From: a virus
Lineage: Duplodnaviria > Heunggongvirae > Uroviricota > Caudoviricetes
Reading direction: 5' to 3' (one strand)
Virus record (IMG/VR): IMGVR_UViG_3300045988_150439
DNA length: 64,000 bases
Within the stretch, counting starts at the first letter, position 1; every line of letters begins with the position of its first letter. Both the position numbers and the translations under genes were made by a program. The notes under the pieces are model-generated. The model was given only the letters and a program-made list of their open reading frames with translations. It was not told the origin of the DNA and searched no databases. Positions 37,738 to 48,549 of the stretch are shown here, piece by piece.

Positions 37738-38823
37738 ATGACTTTGCCATACGGCGTCATTTCTGACTGCCACTACCACAAATGGGATGCGTTCTCCACG
37801 ACGAACGCTGAGGGGCTTAACTCCAGACTTGAAATACAGTTGGAAGCAACGAAAGAAGCAGCCATCGCCATGAAGAAGGCCGGTTGTAAGTACATGTTGG
37901 TTGCCGGTGATACATTTCACGTCCGAGGAACTGTGTCCCCTTCTGTTTTGCATTACGTAACTGAAACGTACAAGTGGATTATCAACGAGCTTGATCTGAC
38001 AGTAGTAATGCTGGCCGGTAATCACGATCTTGAAACCAACGATTCAGTATATAGCGCCAACGCAGCAGCATCGCTGAGTTCTATCGGCGTGGTAATCGTA
38101 TGTGGCAAGCGCCCACACTCAATAAAAATTGGTGATGTGACTGTCCACCTGATTAGCTGGCGTAACAATCATGCGGAGCTTATCAGCGATCTGAAAGCAT
38201 TACGTAAGAGCGTAGAAGGTGATAATCATGACGTTGTTATCCATACATCCATTAACAAAGCCATTCCAACAATGCCTGACGTCGGTATCGATGCGCAGGA
38301 GTTAAAGGATATCGGCTTTCGTCTCGTGCTTAGTGGGCATTACCACAACCACAAAGAGGTCATTCCTGGAGTTATCAGTGTCGGTGCACTGACTCATCAA
38401 AATTGGGGAGATGTTGGATCTCTGGCTGGCTACATGATCGTAAACCCGGACGGCAGTTTCAGTCACTACGAAACCAGTGCGCCTAAATTCATTAACCTGG
38501 AAGATGATGTTGCTGATGACCAAATTCGCGGCAACTACGTGCGTTTCCGCGCCGTAATTGAGAACGATGAAGAAGGCATTAAGTACCAGAACATCCTCAA
38601 AACAATGGGTGCAAAAGGTGTCGTGTGCAACTTCATCCGTAAGTCATCAATGATGGAAGGGACAGCCAGCACAACAGAAACCAGCAAAATCGATAGCCTG
38701 GGAGAGTCGGTATCTGCTTATTGCAAGATTGTCCACGATACTGACGGCGGATTTGATCTGAGCAAGTTGGATATTTTGTGTCAGGAAATCCTCACCGAAG
38801 CGGAGAGTTCGGAGGCTGTGTGA
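37738..38823 (+). CDS. sbcD: SbcD/Mre11-family nuclease
   Basis: Calcineurin-like phosphoesterase motifs (VAGDTFH, LAGNHD, GHYH); immediately upstream of the SbcC/Rad50-like gene. Confidence 0.7.
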   Translation: MTLPYGVISDCHYHKWDAFSTTNAEGLNSRLEIQLEATKEAAIAMKKAGCKYMLVAGDTFHVRGTVSPSVLHYVTETYKWIINELDLTVVMLAGNHDLETNDSVYSANAAASLSSIGVVIVCGKRPHSIKIGDVTVHLISWRNNHAELISDLKALRKSVEGDNHDVVIHTSINKAIPTMPDVGIDAQELKDIGFRLVLSGHYHNHKEVIPGVISVGALTHQNWGDVGSLAGYMIVNPDGSFSHYETSAPKFINLEDDVADDQIRGNYVRFRAVIENDEEGIKYQNILKTMGAKGVVCNFIRKSSMMEGTASTTETSKIDSLGESVSAYCKIVHDTDGGFDLSKLDILCQEILTEAESSEAV

Positions 38824-38864
38824 AGCAAAGTCGTTATGGGAGCTTTCGAGACTTTGCCATCACG

Positions 38865-39056
38865 ATGAAAAGACTTGAACGAGGCCAGACGGTGATGTTT
38901 CACAAGCCCTACCCGCCACAAGGAAATCCCGTAGCGTTTTATCTTGGAAGGTTAACAAGAAAAGGCGTATTGAGGCGCAGATCCTTCCCGGCGCATACGG
39001 AGTTCAGATTGAAAGAAGGTCAAAAGCTAACACACGGTATCAAAGGTGTTATATGA
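38865..39056 (+). CDS. hypothetical small protein (63 aa) between sbcD and sbcC
   Basis: In-frame ATG at 38865 within track ORF 38778-39056; stop overlaps the sbcC start (ATGA). Confidence 0.25.
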   Translation: MKRLERGQTVMFHKPYPPQGNPVAFYLGRLTRKGVLRRRSFPAHTEFRLKEGQKLTHGIKGVI

Positions 39057-40969
39057 AGTTTTTAAAGCTCCAGGTTGAGAATTTTATGGCTATCGCCAGC
39101 GCGGAGGTCGAGTTAGATCAGCGTGGTTTAGTGCTCATTCAGGGTGTGAATAGTGATGATAGTTCCGCATCAAGTAATGGCTCTGGAAAGTCAACTCTAA
39201 TGAATAGCCTGATGTGGTGTCTTTATGGCGAAACAGCTCATGGTGTGAAGGGGGACGATGTGTTGTCTACCGACCATGAAAAGAACTGTCGTGTTGCAGT
39301 AACCATCGAGGATGAAGGCAAGAGATACGCAATCATTCGTCACCGTAAACACAAAGAGTTCAAAAATCGTCTTATCGTTCGTGGTGAAGATGGCGATATG
39401 ACGAAAGGCAAAGATGCGCTGACGCAGGAGTTCGTCGAGCGTCTGATCGGTGCATCTAAAGAGGTTTTCATGGCTTCCATCTATGCGAGCCAAGAAGCTA
39501 TGCCAGATCTACCTGGAATGTCCGACAAAAACCTCAAAACCATCGTAGAAGAAGCCGCTGGCGTTGACAGACTGACACGTGCCTACGCTATTGCTCGTGA
39601 ACGAGCTAACGCAGCTGCCGCACGCATGGACGTGGTTAAAACCAAATTGGAGTCGACAATCTCGACCATTGAGGCAACACAGTCAGAAATTGAGTCCGCG
39701 AAAGCTTCCTCTGAATCATGGGAACAAGAGCGTTCTAAACGTTATGACGATGCCCTGGCTGGGCTGGCAAGTGCCGAAGTTGAGTTAACGGAAGTTGAAC
39801 TTGAGATCCGCACTCTTCCCGAACAGATCCGTGATACCGAGAAGGCAATCGAAAGTGAGCGCAAAAAGTTAGCCTCAAAAGAAGAACATGATGCCAAATT
39901 GCTCAAAGTGCGTGGTGCGATAACTGATATTCGGGCAAGCATCAAAGCTACAGAAAATAGTCAGGCTGATGCAATGAGCCGCGCGCGCAATTTTAAGACC
40001 AAAGCAGAAGAGGTTGGTACTAAAGTAGGATCACCATGCCCTACTTGTGGCAAAGCCTACTGCGAAGAAGATCTATCAACGGTGAAGGAGAATTTCATTG
40101 AACAAGCACGTCAGGAAATTGGTCAGGCGAAGACACTTGCAGAGGCAATGGCTAAACACAAAACGAATCTTGAGAAGGCGTTAAGCATTGAGTCTGCCCT
40201 TGTTAAAACGACACCTGATGTAACGGCTATCATTGCCCGGATTGAAGAGCTTACTAAACAACTTTCATCTTTGCGTCATCGTGAGAAGGAGGTTGTTGCT
40301 ATTGAGTCTCTTGTGACTCGTGCTCGTACTGAGGTCGATCGTATATCAAAAGAGATTAATCCGTTTACTGCTCTTATCGCCAGACACGAAGATAACCTGG
40401 TATCCAGTAAGTCTACCTTCAAGTCCTTAAAAGATGAGTTGAAGGCTATTCAGGAACAAACGTTGCTATTGGAAAAAGCTCGTCAGGTCTACTCTCCTGC
40501 CGGGGTGCGTTCTCATATTTTGACGTCTGTTACGCCTTTCCTGAATACACGCACAGCCGAATATCTCAATACGTTGTCTGACGGGAACATTACTGCTGAG
40601 TGGTCGACGATGGATGTCACTAAAAAAGGTGAGTATCGCGACAAATTCAACATTAGTGTGCAGAAGAAAGGTTCAAGTAAGTCGTTCCAAACCCTCTCTG
40701 GTGGTGAGAAGCGGAAGGTTCGCATTGCGTGTTCTTTGGCATTGCAGGATCTGGTTAGTAACCGGGCGAGTAAAAACATCGATTTGTTTATCGGCGACGA
40801 AATTGACGATGCACTCGATACAGCCGGTCTTGAACGCCTCATGGGTATTCTGGAGTCCAAAGCTCGCGAGCGAGGTACTGTGCTGATTATCTCCCATAAA
40901 GAGATGAAGTCATGGTTCAGGGAAACTATTACGCTGGAAGTTAAAGAGGGGCGCAGCTATGTCGTTTAA
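39053..40969 (+). CDS. sbcC: SbcC/Rad50-family ATPase
   Basis: N-terminal Walker A NGSGKST, long coiled coil with central CPTCG zinc hook, C-terminal signature LSGGEKRK and Walker B LFIGDEID. Confidence 0.7.
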   Translation: MKFLKLQVENFMAIASAEVELDQRGLVLIQGVNSDDSSASSNGSGKSTLMNSLMWCLYGETAHGVKGDDVLSTDHEKNCRVAVTIEDEGKRYAIIRHRKHKEFKNRLIVRGEDGDMTKGKDALTQEFVERLIGASKEVFMASIYASQEAMPDLPGMSDKNLKTIVEEAAGVDRLTRAYAIARERANAAAARMDVVKTKLESTISTIEATQSEIESAKASSESWEQERSKRYDDALAGLASAEVELTEVELEIRTLPEQIRDTEKAIESERKKLASKEEHDAKLLKVRGAITDIRASIKATENSQADAMSRARNFKTKAEEVGTKVGSPCPTCGKAYCEEDLSTVKENFIEQARQEIGQAKTLAEAMAKHKTNLEKALSIESALVKTTPDVTAIIARIEELTKQLSSLRHREKEVVAIESLVTRARTEVDRISKEINPFTALIARHEDNLVSSKSTFKSLKDELKAIQEQTLLLEKARQVYSPAGVRSHILTSVTPFLNTRTAEYLNTLSDGNITAEWSTMDVTKKGEYRDKFNISVQKKGSSKSFQTLSGGEKRKVRIACSLALQDLVSNRASKNIDLFIGDEIDDALDTAGLERLMGILESKARERGTVLIISHKEMKSWFRETITLEVKEGRSYVV

Positions 40970-41702
40970 ATTAAGCCGCTCGCAGTTTTTGCAGGTATTT
41001 GCAGTGATGCAGTCGATAAAACTGATCAATGGGCATACTTCCAATGGTGCGGCTCCACGTATTCTGTGGGGCAGCAACAATATTGACGGAGTACAATTCG
41101 CCGCGTTGCTTGGTCTAATATCCGAGACGCCATTGATGCAAAGTTTGAAATCACTACCACCTGGATGTATTGCGCCGATCCTGATTAATCCTTTTGTTGA
41201 GGGGGGATATCTTCCCAACGTCGGGCCTGGGTTTATTGCATCCCATGAAACTGAAGATCTTAACATTAATAGCGAAGGGTTCTTTGGGGGAATGGGTGCG
41301 CATCACTGTATGGCTTTCACGAACCTTATTCGACTTGCCAATAAGCGGGTTGATAGTTTGGCATCGCCAGGTGATGCTTTTACTGGTTTCCTTATCCAAA
41401 GGAGGGATAAAAAGTACAGTGCGGACAAACTACAGTTTGTTGGTAAGTATGGGGAAATGGTGGAAATCGAACTTCAGCTCCCTCATGTTTTAGCAAACGA
41501 TAGTGCAGACAGTCGGAGGCTGTTGGGCATCATGCGTCATTTCATAGCAAGTGGCGTTAAACATGCCGTAGATAAACGTGTCACGCAGGAAAATGAGTAT
41601 TCAGACTTTGCAAACTATCCCCAACCAACGTTGCAAACGGCAGTAGTAACCAATTCGTTGGAGGCGAGATTATTGGAAAACCCTATATGGGGAACATGGT
41701 AA
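40959..41702 (+). CDS. hypothetical protein
   Basis: 247 aa ORF overlapping the sbcC stop. Confidence 0.45.
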   Translation: MSFKLSRSQFLQVFAVMQSIKLINGHTSNGAAPRILWGSNNIDGVQFAALLGLISETPLMQSLKSLPPGCIAPILINPFVEGGYLPNVGPGFIASHETEDLNINSEGFFGGMGAHHCMAFTNLIRLANKRVDSLASPGDAFTGFLIQRRDKKYSADKLQFVGKYGEMVEIELQLPHVLANDSADSRRLLGIMRHFIASGVKHAVDKRVTQENEYSDFANYPQPTLQTAVVTNSLEARLLENPIWGTW

Positions 41703-41711
41703 GGAGACTAT

Positions 41712-42281
41712 ATGAGTAAAAAAATCAGCGTAGTTGGTGTTGATCCCTCAATGAGCAACTTTGGGCTTGCTGTGGGCACTTTAGACCTTGAAACGGACGA
41801 ACTTGAGATTCACGGCCTTACTCTTGTTGAGACTAAAGCGGGGAGTAACAAAAAGACCGTTCGTGTGAACAGTGACGATCTGCGCCGTGCCAGTGAAATA
41901 TGGCGTGTTGCGAAGCCAATCATTGATAAGGCAAATATGGTTTTTTGTGAGCTACCGGTTGGGAGCCAAAACTCTCGTTCGCAGACGTCTTACGGTATTT
42001 GCATCGGTGTACTTGCGTGCGTAGATAAGCCATTGATCCAGGTTACTCCAAACGAAATTAAACATTTTATCGGCAATAAACTTACAACATCGAAAGAAGA
42101 GATTATCCAGTGGGCTACGAAAAAACACCCTAAAGCACCGTGGCTGCGTCGTAAGCAATCTGGACAGGATGTTCTCGTGAACAAAAACGAACATTTGGCT
42201 GATGCGGTGGCTGCCATCCATACCGGTATGCAAACAGATCAGTTTCGCCAGGTGCGCGATGTTCTCAAGTCTCTCATTTGA
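41712..42281 (+). CDS. RuvC-like Holliday-junction resolvase, putative
   Basis: N-terminal VVGVDPSMSNFGLAV (RuvC-type first acidic motif), CELPVGSQ, and C-terminal HLADAVAAIHTG. Confidence 0.5.
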   Translation: MSKKISVVGVDPSMSNFGLAVGTLDLETDELEIHGLTLVETKAGSNKKTVRVNSDDLRRASEIWRVAKPIIDKANMVFCELPVGSQNSRSQTSYGICIGVLACVDKPLIQVTPNEIKHFIGNKLTTSKEEIIQWATKKHPKAPWLRRKQSGQDVLVNKNEHLADAVAAIHTGMQTDQFRQVRDVLKSLI

Positions 42282-42315
42282 TCTCATTGATAGGTAAGTG
42301 CTTATCTATTAATAT

Positions 42316-42346
42316 GGGCCACTAAATATAGTGGCCCTCTTTATTT
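42316..42346 (+). terminator. terminator-like hairpin between the resolvase and nrdA
   Basis: gggccact-aaatat-agtggccc followed by a T-rich tract. Confidence 0.55.
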
Positions 42347-42354
42347 GGTGATAC

Positions 42355-44670
42355 ATGATAAGCATCGTAAAACGTAACGGCCAAACAGAGCCGTTATCCG
42401 AAGATAAATACAACCGCGTCGTAATGTATGGCGTAGAAGACATTCGTGGCGTAAGCGCATCCGCTGTAGCAATGGGAGCTGCGGCCAGCATTTTTGATGG
42501 GATTACCACCAGCCAGTTGCATGAGGCTTTGGTTAAATCTGCCGCTGATTTGATCTCACCAGAAGCACCAAATTACTCACAGGTGGCTGCCCGCCTGAAC
42601 ATTTTTAAAATCCGCAAAGATGCCTTCGGTCGTTACGACTATCCGAACTTCTACCAACACATTGTCAAGAACGTTAACAAGGGCGTTTATGACAAGGATT
42701 TGCTGACACATTATTCATTTGAAGAGATCGAAGAACTCGGCAATTACATTAAGCCTAAACGTGACGATCTTTTTGGCTATGCAGCTACGGTGCAATTGCA
42801 AAGCAAATACCTCGTTCAAAACCGCGTTACTGGTGAGATTCATGAGGGGCCGCAACATATCTATATGCTGGTAGGCATGTGTCTGTTCCAGAATTGGGAA
42901 GACGACTGCGCTGGCAAAACACGTATGGAGATGGTCAAAGGTTTCTATGACGTTACAAGTACGTTCAAACTGTCTCTGCCCACACCAATCATGGCCGGCG
43001 TCCGTACTCCAACCCGTCAGTTCTCCAGTTGTGTGCTGATTGAGTCTGGCGATAGTCTGAAAGGGATTAGTGCAGCTTCAGCCGCAATTATCGACTACGT
43101 TTCACGTCGTGCTGGAATTGGTATTGGTTTTGGCCGTATCCGTGCGCTGGGCAGCGAGATCCGCAATGGTGAAGCCACCCATACCGGAGTTATTCCATTC
43201 CTGAAGCATTTCCAGACGGCTGTTAAATCTTGTTCGCAAGGTGGTGTTCGTGGTGGCGCAGCAACAGCGTTTTACCCGATCTGGCATCTTGAAGTTGAAA
43301 GTCTGCTGGTGGTGAAAAATAACCGTGGTATTGATGAAAACCGCGTTCGCCATCTTGATTACGGCGTCATGAGTAACCGTCTAATGTACCGTCGACTCGT
43401 CAGAAGCGAGAACATCACTCTGTTCAGCCCGCATGATGTGCCTGATATGTACGAAGCCTTCTTCACAGACCAGGATCTGTTTGAAAAGCTGTACCATAAA
43501 TACGAAGCCGATGATTCAATTCGCAAGAAGTCAGTACCTGCCATTGAGCTGTTCTCATCTCTGATGCAGGAACGAGCGTCCACGGGCCGAATTTATATTG
43601 CGAACGTCGATCATATTAACGAGCATGGCGCTTTCATTCCTGCTCTTGCACCTGTTCGCCAGTCAAACCTGTGCATGGAGATCACTCTACCCACTCGTCC
43701 ACTGGCATTTACCGACGACCCGAACGGTGAGATCGCGCTTTGCACTTTATCCGCTTTTAACCTCGGAGCCATCCGTTCACTGGAGTCTCTTAAAGAGGTG
43801 GCGTTCTATGCCGTTGCTGCACTGGATTCGTTACTGGATTATCAAGACTATCCGATGGAGGCAGCCGAAGTGCCAGCCAAAGCTCGCCGTAGCCTGGGAA
43901 TCGGTGTAACCAACTTTGCTTATTACCTGGCAAAGAATGGCGTTCGTTATTCTGATACCGCTGGCAATAAACTGGTGCATGAAACGTTCGAAGCTATCCA
44001 GTATTACCTTCTTGATGCCAGCTGCCGACTTGCTGAAGCAAAAGGTGAGTGTGACTGGTTTGAGCAGACCAAGTACGCAATTGGTCAGTTGCCGATCGAC
44101 CATTATCGTTCTTCATTAGACGAAAGTGGCGAAACCAACTTTGAGTTAAAGATGCCGTGGGAAGAACTGCGTGAACGTATTGCAAAATACGGTCTTCGCA
44201 ACTCCACACTGACGGCACAAATGCCATGCGAGACTTCCAGCCAGATCACTAATTCCACCAACGGCATCGAACCGCCTCGTGGCCCTGTGTCGGTGAAATC
44301 TTCTAAGGACGGCATCGTTAAGATGGTCGTGCCTGAGTTTGAAAAACTGAAGGAACAGTATGAATACCTGTGGGATATGCCGGACAACCGCGGCTATCTG
44401 ACAAAGGTGGCGATCATCCAGAAGTTCTTTGACCAGGCTATTTCAGCCAATACCAACTATGACCCTTCTCGCTTTGAAGGCGATAAAGTCCCAATGATGA
44501 CGCTACTGTCAGATTTGCTTCTCGCCTACAAGATGGGAGTTAAAACGCTTTACTACCACAACACCAGAGATGGTGCAGGAAAGCGTGATGACGACGAAGC
44601 GCAGAATCCACTTACGCAAGCTGTAGCCGTCGAGCCAGAAGATGAGTGCGACGGAGCCTGCAAAATCTGA
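42355..44670 (+). CDS. nrdA: ribonucleoside-diphosphate reductase alpha subunit (class Ia)
   Basis: 771 aa with N-terminal ATP-cone, catalytic-core segments (NLCMEI, PCETSS) and C-terminal CDGACKI redox tail. Confidence 0.85.
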   Translation: MISIVKRNGQTEPLSEDKYNRVVMYGVEDIRGVSASAVAMGAAASIFDGITTSQLHEALVKSAADLISPEAPNYSQVAARLNIFKIRKDAFGRYDYPNFYQHIVKNVNKGVYDKDLLTHYSFEEIEELGNYIKPKRDDLFGYAATVQLQSKYLVQNRVTGEIHEGPQHIYMLVGMCLFQNWEDDCAGKTRMEMVKGFYDVTSTFKLSLPTPIMAGVRTPTRQFSSCVLIESGDSLKGISAASAAIIDYVSRRAGIGIGFGRIRALGSEIRNGEATHTGVIPFLKHFQTAVKSCSQGGVRGGAATAFYPIWHLEVESLLVVKNNRGIDENRVRHLDYGVMSNRLMYRRLVRSENITLFSPHDVPDMYEAFFTDQDLFEKLYHKYEADDSIRKKSVPAIELFSSLMQERASTGRIYIANVDHINEHGAFIPALAPVRQSNLCMEITLPTRPLAFTDDPNGEIALCTLSAFNLGAIRSLESLKEVAFYAVAALDSLLDYQDYPMEAAEVPAKARRSLGIGVTNFAYYLAKNGVRYSDTAGNKLVHETFEAIQYYLLDASCRLAEAKGECDWFEQTKYAIGQLPIDHYRSSLDESGETNFELKMPWEELRERIAKYGLRNSTLTAQMPCETSSQITNSTNGIEPPRGPVSVKSSKDGIVKMVVPEFEKLKEQYEYLWDMPDNRGYLTKVAIIQKFFDQAISANTNYDPSRFEGDKVPMMTLLSDLLLAYKMGVKTLYYHNTRDGAGKRDDDEAQNPLTQAVAVEPEDECDGACKI

Positions 44671-44675
44671 CATAT

Positions 44676-44703
44676 GGTGGGGTATATCCCCACCTTATCT
44701 TTG
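44676..44703 (+). terminator. terminator-like hairpin after nrdA
   Basis: ggtgggg-tatat-ccccacc followed by ttatcttt. Confidence 0.55.
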
Positions 44704-44770
44704 ATTTGTAAGCCTTGTTTAAACACATAAGATAACAACTTGTTTAAACACATCAAAAAAGGAAAAACAC

Positions 44771-45913
44771 ATGTCATATTCAACGTTCCGTTTGGGTGCT
44801 AATGATGCAACCAAAGAGCCTATGTTCCTCGGACAATCTGTCAACGTGGCACGTTACGATCAGCAAAAATACCGTGATTTTGAAAAGTTGATTGAACGTC
44901 AATTGTCTTTCTTCTGGCGGCCGGAAGAAGTTGATATTTCGAGCGATCGTATCGACTTCAACACGAAGCTGCGAGACCACGAACGTCACATTTTTCTGAG
45001 CAATCTCCGTTATCAAACGTTACTCGATTCAGTTCAGGGACGTAGCCCAAATGCAACGCTGCTGCCGCTTATCTCTATTCCTGAACTGGAAACGTGGGTT
45101 GAAACATGGTCTTTCTCTGAGACTATCCATAGCCGCAGCTACACCCACATTATTCGTGGCATGGTGGACGATCCGAGTATTGTTTTTGACGGTATTGTTA
45201 CGGATGAAGAAATCATCAACCGAGCGATCAGTATCTCTGCTGAATATGACAGGCTTTATGGGATGACCTGCGAGCGCCAGTCGTTAGGTGAGAAAGAGTT
45301 TGAACGTCTGTACGTAAATGAATATGGCTGGGAGCCATACCCTTTGCACCGTCAGCTTTTCCGCACGTTGGTGTCCATTAATGCGCTTGAGGCGATCCGT
45401 TTCTATGTAAGTTTTGCATGTACGTTTGCCTTTGGCGAACGGAAGTTGCTTGAGGGTAACACCAAAATTATGCGCTTTATTGCCCGTGATGAAGCTCTGC
45501 ATTGCGAAGGAACTGAACGCATGATCCGCTTCATGCGTACCGGTCGCGAAGGTTTATTGTGGAAAGAGATTGCTGCTGATGAAGAAAACGTCATTTACGA
45601 CACCATGAAATCAGTAGCCGAACAAGAAATGAACTGGGCAGACTATCTCTTCAAAGACGGTTCGATGATTGGTTTAAACGCGGATATTCTGAAGACCTAT
45701 GTAAAATACCGCACCAATCTGGCTATGAATCGTCTTGGCCTGAAGGCTTTATTTCCAGAAGTTACCACAGATCCGCTGGTCTGGATGAACAAGTGGTTGT
45801 TAACCGACACACTGCAAATTGCACCACAAGAGGCAGAGCAAAGCACATATCTGGTAGGTCAGATCGATTCTACCGTGGACAAGGCTTCTCTAAGCCAGTT
45901 TGCAGACCTGTAA
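44771..45913 (+). CDS. nrdB: ribonucleoside-diphosphate reductase beta subunit
   Basis: 380 aa; ferritin-like di-iron fold with EALHCEG-type ligand segments; directly downstream of nrdA. Confidence 0.8.
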   Translation: MSYSTFRLGANDATKEPMFLGQSVNVARYDQQKYRDFEKLIERQLSFFWRPEEVDISSDRIDFNTKLRDHERHIFLSNLRYQTLLDSVQGRSPNATLLPLISIPELETWVETWSFSETIHSRSYTHIIRGMVDDPSIVFDGIVTDEEIINRAISISAEYDRLYGMTCERQSLGEKEFERLYVNEYGWEPYPLHRQLFRTLVSINALEAIRFYVSFACTFAFGERKLLEGNTKIMRFIARDEALHCEGTERMIRFMRTGREGLLWKEIAADEENVIYDTMKSVAEQEMNWADYLFKDGSMIGLNADILKTYVKYRTNLAMNRLGLKALFPEVTTDPLVWMNKWLLTDTLQIAPQEAEQSTYLVGQIDSTVDKASLSQFADL

Positions 45914-45990
45914 ACCGATACAAAGCATTATGTGGCCTGGCAACGCTGGGCCACAATGGATCACAAGAATTAAGAAGGAACAAAACTAGC

Positions 45991-46860
45991 ATGAACTTTA
46001 CCAAACTGACTGACCACCTGAAACTTGCCACCGATCGACTCATTGGATTTAAGCCAGAACCATATGAGTTGCATGAAGGCCATGGTGTAGCCACTGAAAG
46101 TATTTACAAGATGGTCGATCAGTTTCATGAACTCTTCCAGCATCCGAGACGCGTTATGCCGACACCAGAGCTGCTTCGTCTCCGTGCAAGCCTGATTCAT
46201 GAAGAAGCTGTAGTGGAAGGTATTCCAGCCGCAATGAATGGGGATATTGAGCAACTGCTGGATGCAATGGCCGACTTTTTATACGTTGGTGTTGGTACGA
46301 TGGTCTCCATCAAAGGTGGTATTTCTACCGGCATGACCTATTACACGCAGGAACAGAGCATTGATCGCTTTATGCAGACAATTTTTGTGCCCGGTAACAC
46401 TGTTTTCGATGATATGGCAATGCCATTTCAGGAAGCTCGTGAGGCGTCATGTATGCTCGAAGAGCTGGCAGATAAACTTGAGAAGAAGACTGTTAAGGAT
46501 TCTGAGCTGATTCAGGAACTGCGCCGTGTAATGAACAAAATCTATGTGGCGTGCATGATGACTTATCGACTGGCTGATTTCCTCGGTATCAATGTCGTCG
46601 AGCTGGTTGGCGAAATTCATCGGTCTAACATGACAAAATTATGGCCTGCTGATGTTGAGGAACGTCGCCAGGCTGTGGCCAACTGCAAATACGACTCTTC
46701 AGATCTGGGATTCCGCCATGCTGATGGCACCGATAAGATGATCGGTTTTCGAATTTCCGATGGAAAGATTCTGAAGTCTCCAACCTATAGTGATGTCGAT
46801 TTATCCTCCTTTGTTGAGCAAGCTAAAGCCTCAGCAATGTATGGAATGATCAAAAAATAA
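45991..46860 (+). CDS. MazG-like NTP pyrophosphohydrolase, putative (tandem all-alpha domains)
   Basis: Start moved to the ATG at 45991 (aaggaa RBS) because the track ORF start lies inside nrdB; two helical segments resemble EExxD-type NTP-PPase motifs (IEQLLDAMADFLYVGVG; ELVGEIHRSN). Confidence 0.4.
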   Translation: MNFTKLTDHLKLATDRLIGFKPEPYELHEGHGVATESIYKMVDQFHELFQHPRRVMPTPELLRLRASLIHEEAVVEGIPAAMNGDIEQLLDAMADFLYVGVGTMVSIKGGISTGMTYYTQEQSIDRFMQTIFVPGNTVFDDMAMPFQEAREASCMLEELADKLEKKTVKDSELIQELRRVMNKIYVACMMTYRLADFLGINVVELVGEIHRSNMTKLWPADVEERRQAVANCKYDSSDLGFRHADGTDKMIGFRISDGKILKSPTYSDVDLSSFVEQAKASAMYGMIKK

Positions 46861-46925
46861 TTGTAGGTAGTTATCTATCTGTGTATATTTAACATGCGTA
46901 ATAAAACTCTGGAATGACTATTCGT

Positions 46926-46954
46926 TTTGGTGGCCTATGGCCACCATTTTTTTA
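46926..46954 (+). terminator. Rho-independent terminator
   Basis: ggtggcc-tat-ggccacc followed by eight T. Confidence 0.75.
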
Positions 46955-47030
46955 TCTGTCTGGTCTTGTTCTCTCAATGAATGTAAACTCACATGATGAA
47001 TAAGTAATTACTTATCTTTGTGAGGTTTTT

Positions 47031-48134
47031 GTGTCACTCCTTTTGAATCGTGAGCATACGAACGGTCAGGTAACAAACGCATCGTATGCAAAAGTTATTG
47101 AGACGGTGCTTAAAAGCGGCGTGCAGGCTGATGATCGCACAGGCACTGGTACTTTAAGCACCTGCTACGTTCCCTCTTATTACATGCTTACTGGTGGGAC
47201 TGTGCCGCTTATTTCTGGAAAGGCGGTAAATCTTAAGCCACTGCTTGTCGAACTTGAGTGGTATCTGAAAGGCACGGGCAACATCCAATTTCTCAAGGAT
47301 AACGGCGTTAAGATTTGGGATGCATGGGCCGATGAGAATGGCGATTTGGGGCCGGTTTACGGTAAGCAGTGGCGTCGATGGGAAGATACCCGCATCGTGA
47401 GCCATAGTGAATATCTGAGCAAGATCGATACTTTCCGTGAACGCGGGTACAAAGTCGAGGGATACCTGGGTATCAGTGAAGATCGCGTAGTGCTATCCCG
47501 TGAAATCGATCAGCTACAGCGTATTGTCGATACACTGCGCACGAACCCTACCGATCGTCGCATCATGCTTAACGCATGGAACGTAGGCGAGCTTGAGGAT
47601 ATGAAACTGCCACCTTGCCACTTTGTCTTCTCTTTGTGGAGTCGTGAGCTGGATTTTGAAACCCGTTTAACGATGGCAACTGACATTGGTCTTCAACACA
47701 GTCGCCTCGGTTACGAGTCTATCTACACCAAGATGCTATACGATCTGGAGATGGACGGCAGTGTTACTGAAGCTGAACTGGATGAACTTGGAATCCCCAA
47801 ACGCATCCTCAACTCCTGCCTCGTACAGCGTAGCGTAGACACTTTTGTTGGTATGCCATTCAATATTGCTGGCTATGGCATTCTCACTCATTTTCTCGCG
47901 AAGATTACGGGTCACATGGCCGGTGCATTTGTGCATTTTGGCTTTGACGTGCATTTGTACAACAACCACATGGAAGGTGTGTGTGAGCTAATGAAACGAC
48001 AAGCTCCAGAGCATTCAGATCCGGTCGTTATTTTCCCTCATGAATGGTCAGAGTTGGATGATTTCAAATGGGACGAGGTTTTAATTCTTGGCTATGACCC
48101 TCTACCGTGGATCAAGGTTCCAGTGGCGGTGTGA
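47031..48134 (+). CDS. thyA: thymidylate synthase, with an internal insertion of roughly 50 aa
   Basis: DRTGTGTLS, IWDAWADENGDLGPVYGKQWRRW, DRRIMLNAWNVGELEDMKLPPCH, FNIAGYG and C-terminal GYDPLPWIKVPVAV closely match E. coli ThyA; GTG start. Confidence 0.85.
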   Translation: MSLLLNREHTNGQVTNASYAKVIETVLKSGVQADDRTGTGTLSTCYVPSYYMLTGGTVPLISGKAVNLKPLLVELEWYLKGTGNIQFLKDNGVKIWDAWADENGDLGPVYGKQWRRWEDTRIVSHSEYLSKIDTFRERGYKVEGYLGISEDRVVLSREIDQLQRIVDTLRTNPTDRRIMLNAWNVGELEDMKLPPCHFVFSLWSRELDFETRLTMATDIGLQHSRLGYESIYTKMLYDLEMDGSVTEAELDELGIPKRILNSCLVQRSVDTFVGMPFNIAGYGILTHFLAKITGHMAGAFVHFGFDVHLYNNHMEGVCELMKRQAPEHSDPVVIFPHEWSELDDFKWDEVLILGYDPLPWIKVPVAV

Positions 48135-48135
48135 T

Positions 48136-48549
48136 ATGGCAAGAGGTATGTATGTCTTATGCGAAATTGAAGGTGTGCTGGCAAATACCAGCCATCGTAA
48201 ATCTGTATCTGACTCGGATGCAGGCCAATTCATTGCCGGTGATGAACTCATTTTCCCCACCAGCCGTATGTTGCGTGGTTTTGCTCGCTCAGGGGCTGAA
48301 GTGGTGCTTATCAGTAGCCGCTCTGAAACTCTTGAAGCGCCCACTAAACGATGGCTGAAAGATTTTGGTGTTGATTACGACTGGCTTCATCTCGTACCGA
48401 ATAGCACCAGTTATGAGAAGCATATTAAGCGCACATTAGCGGAGCATAAAGGCGATCTGCTTATCGCTGCGCTGGTGCACGATCCTCGACTCCGTGCCGC
48501 TTTAGCTGACTCTCATCATAGACCGGTCATCTATGAGGTGAGCAAATGA
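48136..48549 (+). CDS. hypothetical protein
   Basis: 137 aa from the ATG just after the thyA stop; stop overlaps the DHFR start. Confidence 0.4.
   Translation: MARGMYVLCEIEGVLANTSHRKSVSDSDAGQFIAGDELIFPTSRMLRGFARSGAEVVLISSRSETLEAPTKRWLKDFGVDYDWLHLVPNSTSYEKHIKRTLAEHKGDLLIAALVHDPRLRAALADSHHRPVIYEVSK

Noticed and set aside
45793-45990. N-terminal 66 codons of ORF 45793-46860
   Set aside because: This part lies inside nrdB in another frame; a good ATG with RBS at 45991 follows the nrdB stop.
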